Source: Phoronis australis | Lineage: Eukaryota; Animalia; Phoronida | Reading direction: 5' to 3' | DNA: 64,000 nt | Assembly (NCBI GenBank): GCA_002633005.1 | Contig: NMRA01000035.1 | Location: 719,260-783,259 of the forward strand | Part shown: positions 40,169 to 52,816 of the stretch, in pieces | Layout: each line of letters begins with the position of its first letter | Numbering within the stretch: the first letter of the stretch is position 1 | Made by a program: the position numbers and the translations under genes | Notes under the pieces: model-generated | What the model saw: the letters and a program-made list of their open reading frames with translations, nothing else | Told to the model about the DNA's origin: nothing | The model's database searches: none

Positions 40169-43100
40169 GACTACACTGTCACTAGTCTAGTGACTAGGCT
40201 AGTCAGAGAAATCAGAAAAGCCACCCGACGAACTTAAGCTGTGGGCTGCTACTCGACTAACTGATACAGTGATAGCCAGGCAACTAGATGTATATGAATA
40301 AACGTAAAAAACACAGACATGAAACGAATCTTAAGTTAACCAGTCAATTTTGTCTGAATGAGTAAACAAGATATCGTACTAGTACGGTTTGTAGACGAGT
40401 ACTGATAAAAGTGTCTTGAAAGTTGAAAGAAACACGACCAAAGGACCAAGGCGAACATCACTTCCGGTTACAAGGACATCTGGCGGCAACTGTGGCTGGA
40501 CAGGCGCCGTTGAGTCTGGCCTTTCCTCGATCACCACTGACATCAATCACTACAAAATAAAATAGCACCAGTGGCTGATTTTGACCGTTTTTGGCTGTCT
40601 CTGACCCTTGACTGAAAACGCACAACTGACAGAAAATACACGTACTCTATGGGGTTTCTCAAAAATGGAGAAAAACAACACGGTGATGTCTTTTTACCTT
40701 GCTATACATCCACCGCGAAAAAATAGGTGCCAGAAATGACCAAAAAACTTTGGCCATTTTTTATCTAAAATCGCAAATTCACGACTGCACTTGTGCAGGA
40801 AAGGACTGACCATCATCCGAATCTCTTTTACCCTAGATTCCTAAATGTCATTGCAAACTTGTCTGAAGGCGGGTAAATGGATTTGCGCCTATCGCAAGCT
40901 CCGCCCCTTGCGAAAAGTCACGTGACACTCGCCAAAAAAAACAAGATGTCGGAGACAAATACATTCACAAAACGTACCGAGAGTGTCATAGATAGAAAAT
41001 CCTACACGAGTCTCAGGTTCTTATGACATGGGCAAAACCCGGCTTTTGGAAATCTTTGTCAAAATCCCGAGACTTGCTGAAACGATCTTTTTGCTGAAAA
41101 ACTGGACGTGTCCAAAACTTTCAACCACAATGTTCTCACACGGTTGTATTGCCCATTCGACGCTGATATTGTGGTGTAATCGGTGTTATTAACCATTCTT
41201 GTCGTCACGTGGCCAAAAATCGGCACATGACAGCCTTCCCGTTCCGCCAGTGACTTTACCAGACCGGGTACGTAGGAGGTTCTGAGCGTGTGATAACATC
41301 TAGCTTCTTTGTTAACTGCCAAGCACACTCTTTTGTCTCTTATGACAACAAGCAGATCACTTATCTACCAGGCTTATTACAGAACACGTGTGAACACAGT
41401 CAAACTCAGATTGCCGTAACTTCAAGTTCGGTTGCAGTTGGTCCCACGGTTTATTTTCAAATGACAAATATAGACAAGGCCACTGATGCCATATGTTCAT
41501 GTAAAGCTGGATATGTACCTTAAAATCGTAATTATCTGTACGTCATAGATTTCAGAGATTGATCGAAATTATATGTTGCGTTCAAAAGTTGGTCACTATT
41601 ATTCATGCGCGCACCCATGGGAATGGCCAGGGCTCGGAGAGCTCGAACGAGCCCTCCTCATTTGGTGGAGTGGGCAAAAAGTCAAGCTTCAGAGAAACAA
41701 AAACTCCCAAAAAGGTAGAAAACGAGACAAAAGTCCACTAAAAAGGTAGGAACTACCAAATTTCGGCGAATGCACAATTCATGGCTCTGAGCGTTCCCCG
41801 TGAATCTTAGTAAAAGGTTCAGATTCTCGAAAATTTGAGAGACAGTTATGTGTGAATCTTACTCAGAAACCCGTTTGAAAATGCAAAAACGGTCATCATA
41901 TAAAGAGGCTCAACAGTTTTTACAAAAATATAATTTTTTTCTATAACTTTCATTTAAACCGTTTTAAAATTACTTTACTCACTGGAAAAATTTCATTGAA
42001 CCCGTTATGCTCCACCTTATAAAATACTGGCCCGGATAATTTCAAATAAACCATTTGAACACATGTCACCAAGACGTATGAAAGTACATTTTTTCAAGAT
42101 CTAAGGCGGTGACCCTAGAGTTGATCTCGTGGAATGGCAGTTAATGATGCTAAGAACTGAAATCAACAGTTAAAGCATAGGGTAAATTTATCACCGACAT
42201 CAGTGAGTCCTCGTGAAATACTTTTTTCAAAAGTCTCACGTCTGAAATACTTCACGATTTGAATGAACTTCTTAGCCCACTATTTTCTTTCCTTGCCCAA
42301 CGTTTCCCCTTAGCTGCTACTGCCCCACCCTCATCCCTCACCACGTGACCCGCCTTATACTGCTATACTCGTGCTATGTACATGTAGATAACCGCGGCAT
42401 CTAGAAGCGATCTGACACGTGATCGAAGCTCAACGTGAATTTGTACGTTAGGCTACCTATGAATGGGCTCAATTAATTACTACCCCCTAAGGCCCTCTGT
42501 GATGGTTTAGCTCCACGGGGAACTCCATCAAAAAGAATCTGTTCATGTGGTACGCATGGTGGGAACCTAAGTCCATATTTGGTGTGCACGGGGACTACGC
42601 ACCAGGTGGTGGGAGTGGCCTAATTGTGTTTGTCAGCACTGCCTCTTGATTGCATCTAATAGAACAACGGGGATGGGGTACGCTAAGCCCCTGGTTACGT
42701 GACTTTTGCATTTCCCGCCAATGAGATTCAACTGAATATTGCTATTCGAACAAGAGGGACGTGCGATTACTACTGACATGCGAAACATCATTACTACTAC
42801 AACGAGATCTATGGATATATTGTGTGGAGGGTCTGAACAACGTGGATCCATCACCCAGTAAGTACTCAGCTGTTATAACATGTGTTAAGTCGACCTTAAT
42901 TTTTTTTGAAAACGGTTATCAGGGAAACACTAAAAAAGCTGGCCTCAAGCTGGTCAGGTAGTAGCTTCTTCAAAAGGGGGATGTTTGAAGTCTGATCGTC
43001 AATTTATATGACCAAAAAAGTAAGTCACTAAAAAGTTGTGCAAGGATGGTAAAAGTTGAGCAAATTAAGAGTTCAATCAAGTGAGAGTTTTGAAATGACA

Positions 43101-44621
43101 TGTGGTCGCATGCGGACTCTTTATGTGTTTGTGATAATTTTACTTTTCTCTTTTATTTATTGCGGTTCTTCTTACCATTATTAAGTTTTGTTGTCAACTC
43201 ATTCGGCAACAATTCAAGATCGGATTGGTATGTTAATGTTTTCAAGCCCCGAACGCTTCGCAATTCAACATTGACAGCTAAACGTTTGCAACGTTCTTAG
43301 TTGTCTCTGTGTAGTTGAAACGGTAGATCTATTGCAAAATATTTGTTCGAGTTCCTGCAAAATGCCAGTAGGTTACATTTTTGATACTTTGAATGATTTC
43401 AAATTTTTCAGTAAGTATCTTGGATTAACCAACTGCCGTCAAAAAACGTGCAAATATCCTCAAGAACTTTTAAGCATAATGTTATGGTTGATTAACCTCA
43501 AACGATTATGTTGCCTTTATGAAGGAGCTTTTGGGAAATTGGCGTATTTTACTTATCTGAAATGTAGTTTCAATACCTTTAATCGGCTTTTGTAAAAAAG
43601 ATCAAGACACACTTCAATTGGGTCTGACCAGATAGCCCAACATATAGGGTTTCAATACAAGCAAACCGTTAACCAACGTAAAGGTTTTCACGTGTTTGTT
43701 TTTTGGCGCCATAATCGAAAACATCGTCGGAATTTATTGAAAACCCGATTGTTATCGATCATGAGAGATACATCATTCGATCCAGAGGTTTAAATAGTCC
43801 TTTAAGACTATTTAAGTGTAAGCGAGACATGACGACTAGTGACGAACTCCCGTTCGTGCTAAAATAAGAATTAAGTGCTCCCACATCCAAAATATACGAA
43901 AGATTAAGCAAAAATGTAAAAAATGACGTCTAGTTCAAACTTTTTGTAGAAGAAACGATAAAAACAAGAATTGATTCAACGAAGTAAAGTCACTGATTAC
44001 AGATTGTCATTATATTTCCAATACGGCAACTAAAAAGGCCTCACAGGACAAAGAACGGACAAAGTGTTTAAATACATGATGTCATGACGTGCATAACTGC
44101 ATCTTAGTTATACTCTATTAATAATTGTCTGCCATTCGTGTATGAATTTGGGATGCTATCCAACGGTAAAATCTCTATGATCATCATGGCGTGGACATCA
44201 TTGAAACCAAGTATTATTTTCTTAGTTTCACTTTAATTTTCGCTCTATAACAAATTTCATGATGTTCGCAAAGCGCACAGTAATTCGCCCAGTTAAGAGC
44301 ACAAATTGCTCATCAAACAGTAGCGCACTCAAACGTTTGTAATCACTGAGCCTCCTCGAATCTCTCTGAATCTTGCATTACCCCCAACGACATCCCCGCG
44401 GGCCCGCCGCTAAGTTGAAGCGCACTCAATTTCATGAGCCGGTCGGCCCGAAGATTTTGATTACATAGACTGCTGGGCGCAGAGATCACAACACTTAAAT
44501 TCATTACTTATTTGCTACTCACTGTACTAGAAGTCTTTCCAGAAGCCAGGCTATCGTTTTATTTGTGCCTATATATTATACTTCGTACAAAAGTTTAGTT
44601 CGGCAACGCAAGGACCTCACN

Positions 44622-46738
44622 TCTGTGATGGTTTAGCTCCACGGGGAACTCCATCAAAAAGAATCTGTTCATGTGGTACGCATGGTGGGAACCTAAGTCC
44701 ATATTTGGTGTGCATGGGGACTACGCACCAGGTGGTGGGAGTGGCCTAATTGTGTTTGTCAGCACTGCCTCTTGATTGCATCTAATAGAACAATGGGGAT
44801 GGGGTACGCTAAGCCCCTGGTCACGTGACTTTTGCATTTCCCGCCAATGAGATTCAACTGAATATTGCTATTCGAACAAGAGGGACGTGCGATTACTACT
44901 GTTACATGCGAAACATTATTACTACTACAACGAGATCTATGGATATATTGTGTGGAGGTTCTGAACAACATCTTATGTGGATCCATCACCCAGTAAGTAC
45001 TCAGCTTTTATAACATGTGTTAAGTCGACCTTAATTTTTTTTTTGAAAACGGTTATTAGGGAAACACTAAAAAAGCTGGCCTCAAGCTGGTCAGGTAGCA
45101 GCTTCTTCAAAAGGGGGATGTTTGAAGTCTGATCGTCAATTTATATGACCAAAAAAGTAAGTCACTAAAAAAGTTGTGCAAGGATGGTAAAAGTTGAGCA
45201 AATTAAGAGTTCAATCAAGTGAGAGTTATGAAATGACATGTGGTCGCATGCGGACTCTTTATGTGTTTGTGATAATTTTAATTTTCTCTTTTATTTATTG
45301 CGGTTCTTCTTACCATTATTAAGTTTTGTTGTCAACTCATTCGGCAACAATTCAAGATCGGATTGGTCTGTTAATGTTTTCAAGCCCCGAACGCTTCGCA
45401 ATTCAACATTGACAGCTAAACGTTTGCAACGTTCTTAGTTGTCGATGTGTAGTTGAAACGGTAGTTCTATTGCAAAATATTTGCTCGAGTTCCTGCAAAA
45501 TGTCAGTAGGTTACATTTTTGATACTGTGAATGATTTCAAATTTTTCAGTAAGTATCTTGGATAAACCAACTGCCGTCAAAAAACGTGCAAATATCCTCA
45601 AGAACTTTTAAGCATCAATGTTATGGTTGATTATGTTGCCTTTATGAAGGAGCTTTTGGGAAATTGGCGTATTTTACTTATCTGAAATGTAGTTTCAATA
45701 CCTTTAATCGGTTTTTGTAAAAAAGATCAAGACACACTTCAATTGGGTCTGACCAGATAGCCCAACATATAGGGTTTCAATACAAGCAAACCGTTAACCA
45801 ACGTAAAAGTTTTCACGTGTTTGTTTTTTGCCGCCATAATCGAAACCATCGTCGGAAAATATTGAAAATCGGATTGTTATCGATCATGAGAAATGCATCA
45901 TTCCAGAGGTTTATGACTAAAGTGTAAACGAGGCATGACAACTGACGAACCCCCGTTCGTGCTAAAATAAGAATTAAGTGCTCTCACATCCAAAATATAT
46001 GAAAGATTAAGCAAAAATTTAAAAAATGACGTCTAGCTCAAACTTTTTGTAGAAGAAACGATAAAAACAAGAATTGATTCAACGAAGTAAAGTCACTGAT
46101 TACAGATTGTCATTATATTTCCAATACGGCAAAAAAGGCCTCGCAGGACAAAGAACGGACAAAGTGTTTAAATACATGATCATGTCACGACTGCATAACT
46201 GCATCTTAGTTATAGTCCATTAATCATTGTCTGCCATTCGTATATGAATTTGGGATGCTATCCAACGGTAAAATCTCTATGATCATCATGGCGTGGACAT
46301 CATTGAAACCAAGTATTATTTTCTTAGTTTCTTCTGCCTAATTCGCTCTATGACACATTTCATGATGTTCGCAAAGCGCATAGTAATTCGCCCAGTTAAG
46401 CTAGAGCACAAATTGCTCATCAAACAGTAGCACACTCAAACGTTTAGTAATCACTGAGCCTCCTCGAATCTCTCTGAATCTTGCATTACCCCCAACGACA
46501 TCCCCGGGCCCGCCGCTATGTTGAAGCGCACTGAACTGAAAATTTCATGACTGAGCCGGTCGGACCGAAAAATACGATTTTGATTACATACACTGCTGGG
46601 CGCAGAGATCACCACACTTAAATTCATTACTTATTTGCTACTTACTGTACTAGAAGTCTTTCCAGAAGCCAGGCTATCGTTTTATTTGTGCCTGTATATT
46701 ATACTTCGTACAAAAGTTCGGCAACGCAAGGACCTCAC
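44622..46738 (+). repeat. Near-identical tandem duplicate of 42496-44620
   Basis: 2.1-kb direct repeat joined at a single N (44621). Confidence 0.92.
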
Positions 46739-47117
46739 TCTCGGTGGTTCCCTGCATATCCGCTAGGAGGAATAGTAATTTTTATATCATTTTTACTCCG
46801 GCGGTTCTGATTGGCTGGTATATTTGTCAACAGGTAGCGCTTTATGCGTAAACAAACCGGCATGACCGACTCGGGAAGTGGGATCAGGAATCACATAGTT
46901 TGTGGTTTGTTGTACAAACAATTCGGTGCTTAATAGGCATATGTTGGAGAAATGTGAATTGAAAAGTTGTGGTTGAGCCTTTTCTGTGTGCATTTTTCGT
47001 AGCCTGACGGTATTACAGCTAGAGTGCCTTTTTCGGCTTTCGCGATGTCAAGCTCATAAATAGCCTTGGTACAGTCTTCATACAGCTAGCTGGCTGGCTA
47101 GCTCACAAACTGCCCAG

Positions 47118-47522
47118 GGCCCGGTCTCCAATCTTTTTACTAGAAATGGAACTCGATATTATGTTTGGCATTTTCTACTCTATTTTTGGGCGAAATCAAG
47201 ATAAGTGTCTATTATTCTATGCTCGAGTACACAATAACTTACGTAGATAATTTATTGCCCTTTGTTCACAGTTTGTAAACCCAATATTAAAGCAATAAGT
47301 TCGAGTTTGAACTCGAAATTTTGAGTTTTTACTCGAGTTTGTTGCACAGATATAAGGGTCTTCAAGGGCAAACTTGAACTAGAAACTCCTATGCATAAAC
47401 TATAATGTATTCGAGCACAGTCTGATAACCAATTATCTTAAGTTTGCACAAAAGGAGCAGAGAAATTGCCAAAAATACTGAGTTTCGAGTTCGTTTCGAG
47501 TGCAAAGATTAGAGACCGGGCC
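47118..47522. mobile_element. PIF/Harbinger-type MITE
   Basis: TIR ggcccggtctc.aatcttt / aaagatt.gagaccgggcc with a 3-bp CAG TSD on both sides. Confidence 0.88.
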
Positions 47523-50500
47523 CAGGTCACAGAGAACTGTCGCGGTCTTTCTGACGTTACTGATACTCAGTGTAGAGAGAAAACTTGGTTTGAAAAGATT
47601 TTGGCGAGGCTAAAAATCGCTCACAGTCGCCATTTCCTTTCGGATTTCACCTGAATTTAGCTGTCTGTAGGGTAAATTAGTATAAGTACTGGCACTGTTC
47701 AAAAATTCATTAACTGATTTCAAGAGATTACCTGATGAAGTTTTTGGTGGTAACTTCAGTAGGTAAAATTTTGGTTAACTATTGAATACAAATTACAATG
47801 TTTGACGAGATACTAAATTTTGAACTGCTGTTCTAAAACATAATTATCGTCGTAGACTGCTATGTATTTTCAGAGTTTTGGTGAATTTTCATGAAATTTG
47901 ACAGATAGGTGACAATTGTAACTGAAGATGAACATGTTGCAGTAAAATAGTTTATTATGATAAATGTAAAACTTCTAAATTTTAAACTTAAATTCATGTC
48001 TAGAAAGACTTTAATAAACTTATAGTGATGCAGAACAATACTAAGGTACAGCGACCCCTGGCGAGGACTAGCATGATTTATAATTTTGAATGCAGATGCT
48101 TGTATGCATCCCACTCATGGTAAATCAGGATGTGCCGGTCTCGTTATAAGTTCTTAATGGCTGTCACAGAGGCATAAGTTCTTATTTGCAAGTCCATCAA
48201 GAACGATTTCCTTCATGCTCATGGTTTGCGAATAACTTGTACTCAAATAGTAGAAAGTACTTAATCTATTTTGTATTTTGATAGTGACCTGTCACATTTT
48301 AGATATGCGCAGCCTCTAATGTTGTAGCTTTACTTTCTTTAGATGAACATGTCTCTTCAATTTTATTGTAAATAGTCTAATATTTACGATGGACACTTGA
48401 ATATAGTTTTTTTACCGTGTCCTTGTTATGTAGCATTCCCGTGGACCAAGAAATTTCCAACATCACTGTCTGATCTAGAATCAATTTGCCAAACAAGCCT
48501 ATTATGTTGCCACACAATGCTGTGGTAGTAAGGGGTCAGAGGTTACAGTCACACAAAGTAATCAACTGGTGAATTGCTGAGGTCTGGGTTTATCATTGAA
48601 ACAAAAAGATGATTATAAATATTAAGCTATCAAAACATTCAGTTTAAAGTGATATTGAAAACATAATGAGAACTCAGTGGGGGTAAGAATGTTATTTCAG
48701 TCATGTAACTGGAAACTTTAGGGGTGTGTGCATTTTATTAAGCAACAGTTTTGAATATGAAGTTAAATGTATTCATAAGGACTTGGTTGGCAATTTTTGG
48801 CAGAGGAAGTCCGTGTTGAAAAGTATGAAATATTTCTTGTGCATTTATATAGGCCAAATGTCGATGCTGATTTTTTCAAAATATTAAAGATAAAATGACC
48901 CCATCCAGCATTCACAAAACCCTTTGACCTATGTTCATAAAATTTTGCACGTGTTCCATTCCGTCATGAATGGGACAGTAAGAGCGAACTTTCAGGCGGA
49001 TCTGACGTTCAGTGCGCCCTCTAGTGGCAATTTTTTTTTACGTTTAACTCCATCTATCAACCAAACCATTCTAAGGATGATTGTAAAAATTGGCACATGT
49101 GTTCTCAGTGTGATGAGGAAGGTTGACGATGACGACTTTGACTACTGGCAGTTTTGCTTTTTTTCCATAGCTGTATCTCCTAAATCCACAGCAGGGTCTT
49201 TATTAAATTTAGCATTAAGTGTATTTATATGAAGTCGACAACAGATGACAAAGACTGTCAGTTGCATACGAAAACTGCTGTGGCCCCTTGTGGCAATTTC
49301 ATTTTTTTCCATTTTCCTTTGTTTCTCTGAAATTCTTTGGCATAGTTTTATGAAATTTAGGTAAATGGCTTTTTATTAAAGAAACAATGGCATGTTCCTG
49401 TTTTCAGATGGATTCGATGTACTTTGCGCCACCTAGTGGCCATTTTTATCATACAAAAAACACCCCTTAATGCACACTGTTTGCTGTGCATTTGTGGGCA
49501 CATTTCATCACTCTGCGGTGCTCTTGTTGTTATGTTGTTCAAAATTATAATCTAGATTGCTTAAATTACAACAAAACAAACCTAATTCGAAAAGGGAATC
49601 TGAAAAGCTCTTTTAATCTTCTGGATCCATTGAGAATAGCAAAGTCCAAAAAACATGCTTTACATCGTTTAAAAAGACTCCTTGCAAAATGTCTAGATTA
49701 GATTATTTTCTAGTCAGCAATGAGTTTTTTAACATGGTGGAAAACGTAACTCTTAGTCCAGGTTACAGAACACAACACTCAAGTATTTGTCTTTCGTTTA
49801 ACTGTCAGTAGCAATTTTCAAAAAGGGTGCAGTTTCTGACGATTTAATAATTCTCTGCTAGAAGATAATCATTATGTAACCTAAGTTAGAAATGTCACTA
49901 TCGAAGAGTATTCTGCTCTACCATACAATAAGGAACACTTTAATGAAGAATTATTGAAGGATATTTACCTGATTGTTGATGATCATTTTTTTTTATTTTT
50001 TGATGTACCTTTGAACAACATCAGGACAATTACTATAACATTTTCTGTTGCAATGTAAAAATAAAAACAGCTTCAGGAGGAAGTCAAAAAATAGAAGTTT
50101 TTCAAATATTGTTTCAAAAAAATAAAAGCATCAGTTTAAGAAAGTTCATGCAGGAATGCAATGTTCATTTGGAAAAAAGTGAGAAAATTATGTAAAAGGC
50201 TAAAGTTTGAAGAAGGTGATAAGGCAACAATTAAAGTACTTTTGTGGCTTAGAAAACTAAAACTTGGTTAAGATAACAATAACTAAGGTGATAAAGCCCT
50301 CTGGTAAACCTTTGACAAAACAAAAAGAGAGTTTAAGTGAATGAAAAAAATCTTTTTACAAAAAATATATGCTTCTAGAGACAGTTCATGTGGAATTCAG
50401 AATATCAGTGACACAGTGGAAACTCAAAATATCCGAAAAAATTAGCGATATTGATCGAGCAAGTTTAGATACTGGTATTAATCTGCAAGAAAAAAACTCC

Positions 50501-51532
50501 GAGAACATGAAAAATAACTTAAGTTCATGGGTTGATGGTTTTGCAATGTCATTGTTTATGTTGTGCTTAACAACTGAAATGTGTACTGTAATGCCAGATA
50601 CAAAATTTATGACTTGAGTGCCAACAAAAGATTGCACGAACACTTTAATTAACAATTGTTACCTAATCTTGAAAACGCCTTTCATCTGGAGTTGAAACTG
50701 AATGGGGCAGAGCTTTTGACTATTCTAAGAAACTATTTGTGTTAAAAAACAATGGAAAGCAAGCACATTGTACACATGTATAAATTCGAGCTGGCCCACT
50801 TGACAGAATTTCATTTGAACAATCCGGGAAAGAACCCGTTAGGTGTGTGAACCATTTTGCTCCGTGTGATCAATGCCAAGCAAACTCATGATATATAACT
50901 TGCTTTTGTAAAATGTAACAATGGTACATTTCTCTCATGTGCTTTCCAGGTAAACTGTAACAATTACATAAAATGCTACAATTTAGGAGAGGCCTAGCAA
51001 GGTACATGATGTAACAATGGTGTAAAATGGAAGCTGTTGGCTGAGAGCATTGGGCTTTTTGAAAATTATCTTGACCAAAAATTTGCTTAATAACTGATGC
51101 TTGCTGATTGGGGGCATGGTTTTTATGTATACATTTCTATTTCAGGTATGGAGAGAAGTTCCTAGGATGGGATGCAATATTGTCATCAACCATCAGCCAA
51201 TTTACTGCATCCATTGATGAATGTCGTTGCATCTCCGCTTGCCGTCATCAACTAGTCGCATGTAAAGTACATCAAAGGAATGGCACCTGCCTGCCATCAA
51301 CAGTGCATAGTACGTATGAGCTGAAGTTGGGTTATTTAACGTCAAGTGAGTGCCAGTTTGCCAAAAATTTAGTTTTCAAAGCATACGCATTTTGTTCACC
51401 TTTCAGTAACTCGTAATTTCGTGTAAATCCATTTCGCAGTTCACGACAAACACCCGAAGTACTTTGGCTGATGGGTGAGGAATTCAAGGTCATAACCGCT
51501 AATTTTGTCATCATGTCGGGGAATTCCAGGTN

Positions 51533-52816
51533 AGGAGAAACGCAGGTCATTTATTATGACTGATAAAGGTACAGAAATATGAGTGTTTTATCTTTTGCGT
51601 GAGGCTGGAGTTAAATGGGATGTTGAGCAGTAAAGTGTGAACTATGAGGAGAGTGTCTCTTGGGTGTCTCTGGTTTAGTAAAAACTACAGAAACAACAGG
51701 ACAAAGTCCTGCCATGAAAAAGGTAAAACTTTCCTGTCGAATTTTTGACGACAGCTTGTCAATCAAGTAAAACGGGTAAAGTCTTTATGTTGAGTTTTCT
51801 TAACAGCGAATATTACTCGAGTAGAGATTATTGTCATTGCTACCAAACTGAAGAAACGGTGGGGCATTAAATTCAGACAGACTCGCTGGGTGGGTTGATG
51901 ACAATTCTTTCGTTGGTTAATGAATTTGTAACATGTGACGATTTAATGGTGAAGTGGTATGAAAGTGGCGAATCTGTGAAATGCTATAACTAAGTGAAAC
52001 TGTTGAGTAACGAGGAGTGGCAGGAAACATGATTACTGAGAATTAAGGTTAACCCTAAGACACGTGATAATCATCAGCCAATAGGAGCCAGGAGCTGACC
52101 ATACTTGAGGCACATGACAGAAACAAACCAATAGTGAGGCTGCTAGTGAAATGTCCTAGTGCATCGTGTACAAAATGACCGCATGCGAATCTACTCAAAG
52201 GATTAGTGGACCAGTCGGAACAAAGGAAAAAGGGGGTATAAGTAAGACGAGTCTATATTGTCACATAAATATATTAAACGAGTGAAAAACCATTTATGTT
52301 CGAAGTATGTCCCAAAAATGATAGATGCGTTGCAAGCTCCGTTTCCAGAGATAAAAAGGAGAGGTATATAGGAGAAACGCAGGTCACTTATTATGACTGG
52401 TAAAGGTACAGAAATATGAGCGGTATATTTTTTGCATGAGGCTTAAGGTAAAAGGGATGTTGAGCAGTAAAGTGTGAACTATGAGGAGAATGTCACTTGC
52501 GTGTCCCTGGTTTAGTAAAAACTACAGATTTTTTTACGACAGCTTGTCAATCAAGTAAAACGGGTAAAGTCTTCCTCCATGTTGAGTTGTCTTAACAAAA
52601 AATATTATTTGAGTATAGATTATCGTCATTACTAGTAAACTGAAGAAACAGCGGGGCATGAAATTCAAATATGCTCGCTGGGTATAATCATGCCTGGTGG
52701 GCTGATGACAATTCTTCCATTGGTTAATGAATTTGTAACATGTGACGATTTAATGGTAAAATGGTATGAAAGTGACGAATCTGTGAAATGCTATAACTAA
52801 GTGAAACAGTTGAGTG
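51533..52816 (+). repeat. Diverged tandem duplication (51533-52008 / 52370-52816) around a promoter-like spacer
   Basis: Colinear homology with many substitutions and indels. Confidence 0.85.

Noticed and set aside
49700-50920. Ulp1-protease-like transposon relic (LLPNLENAFHL)
   Set aside because: Too degraded, with many stops and no confident catalytic motif by eye.
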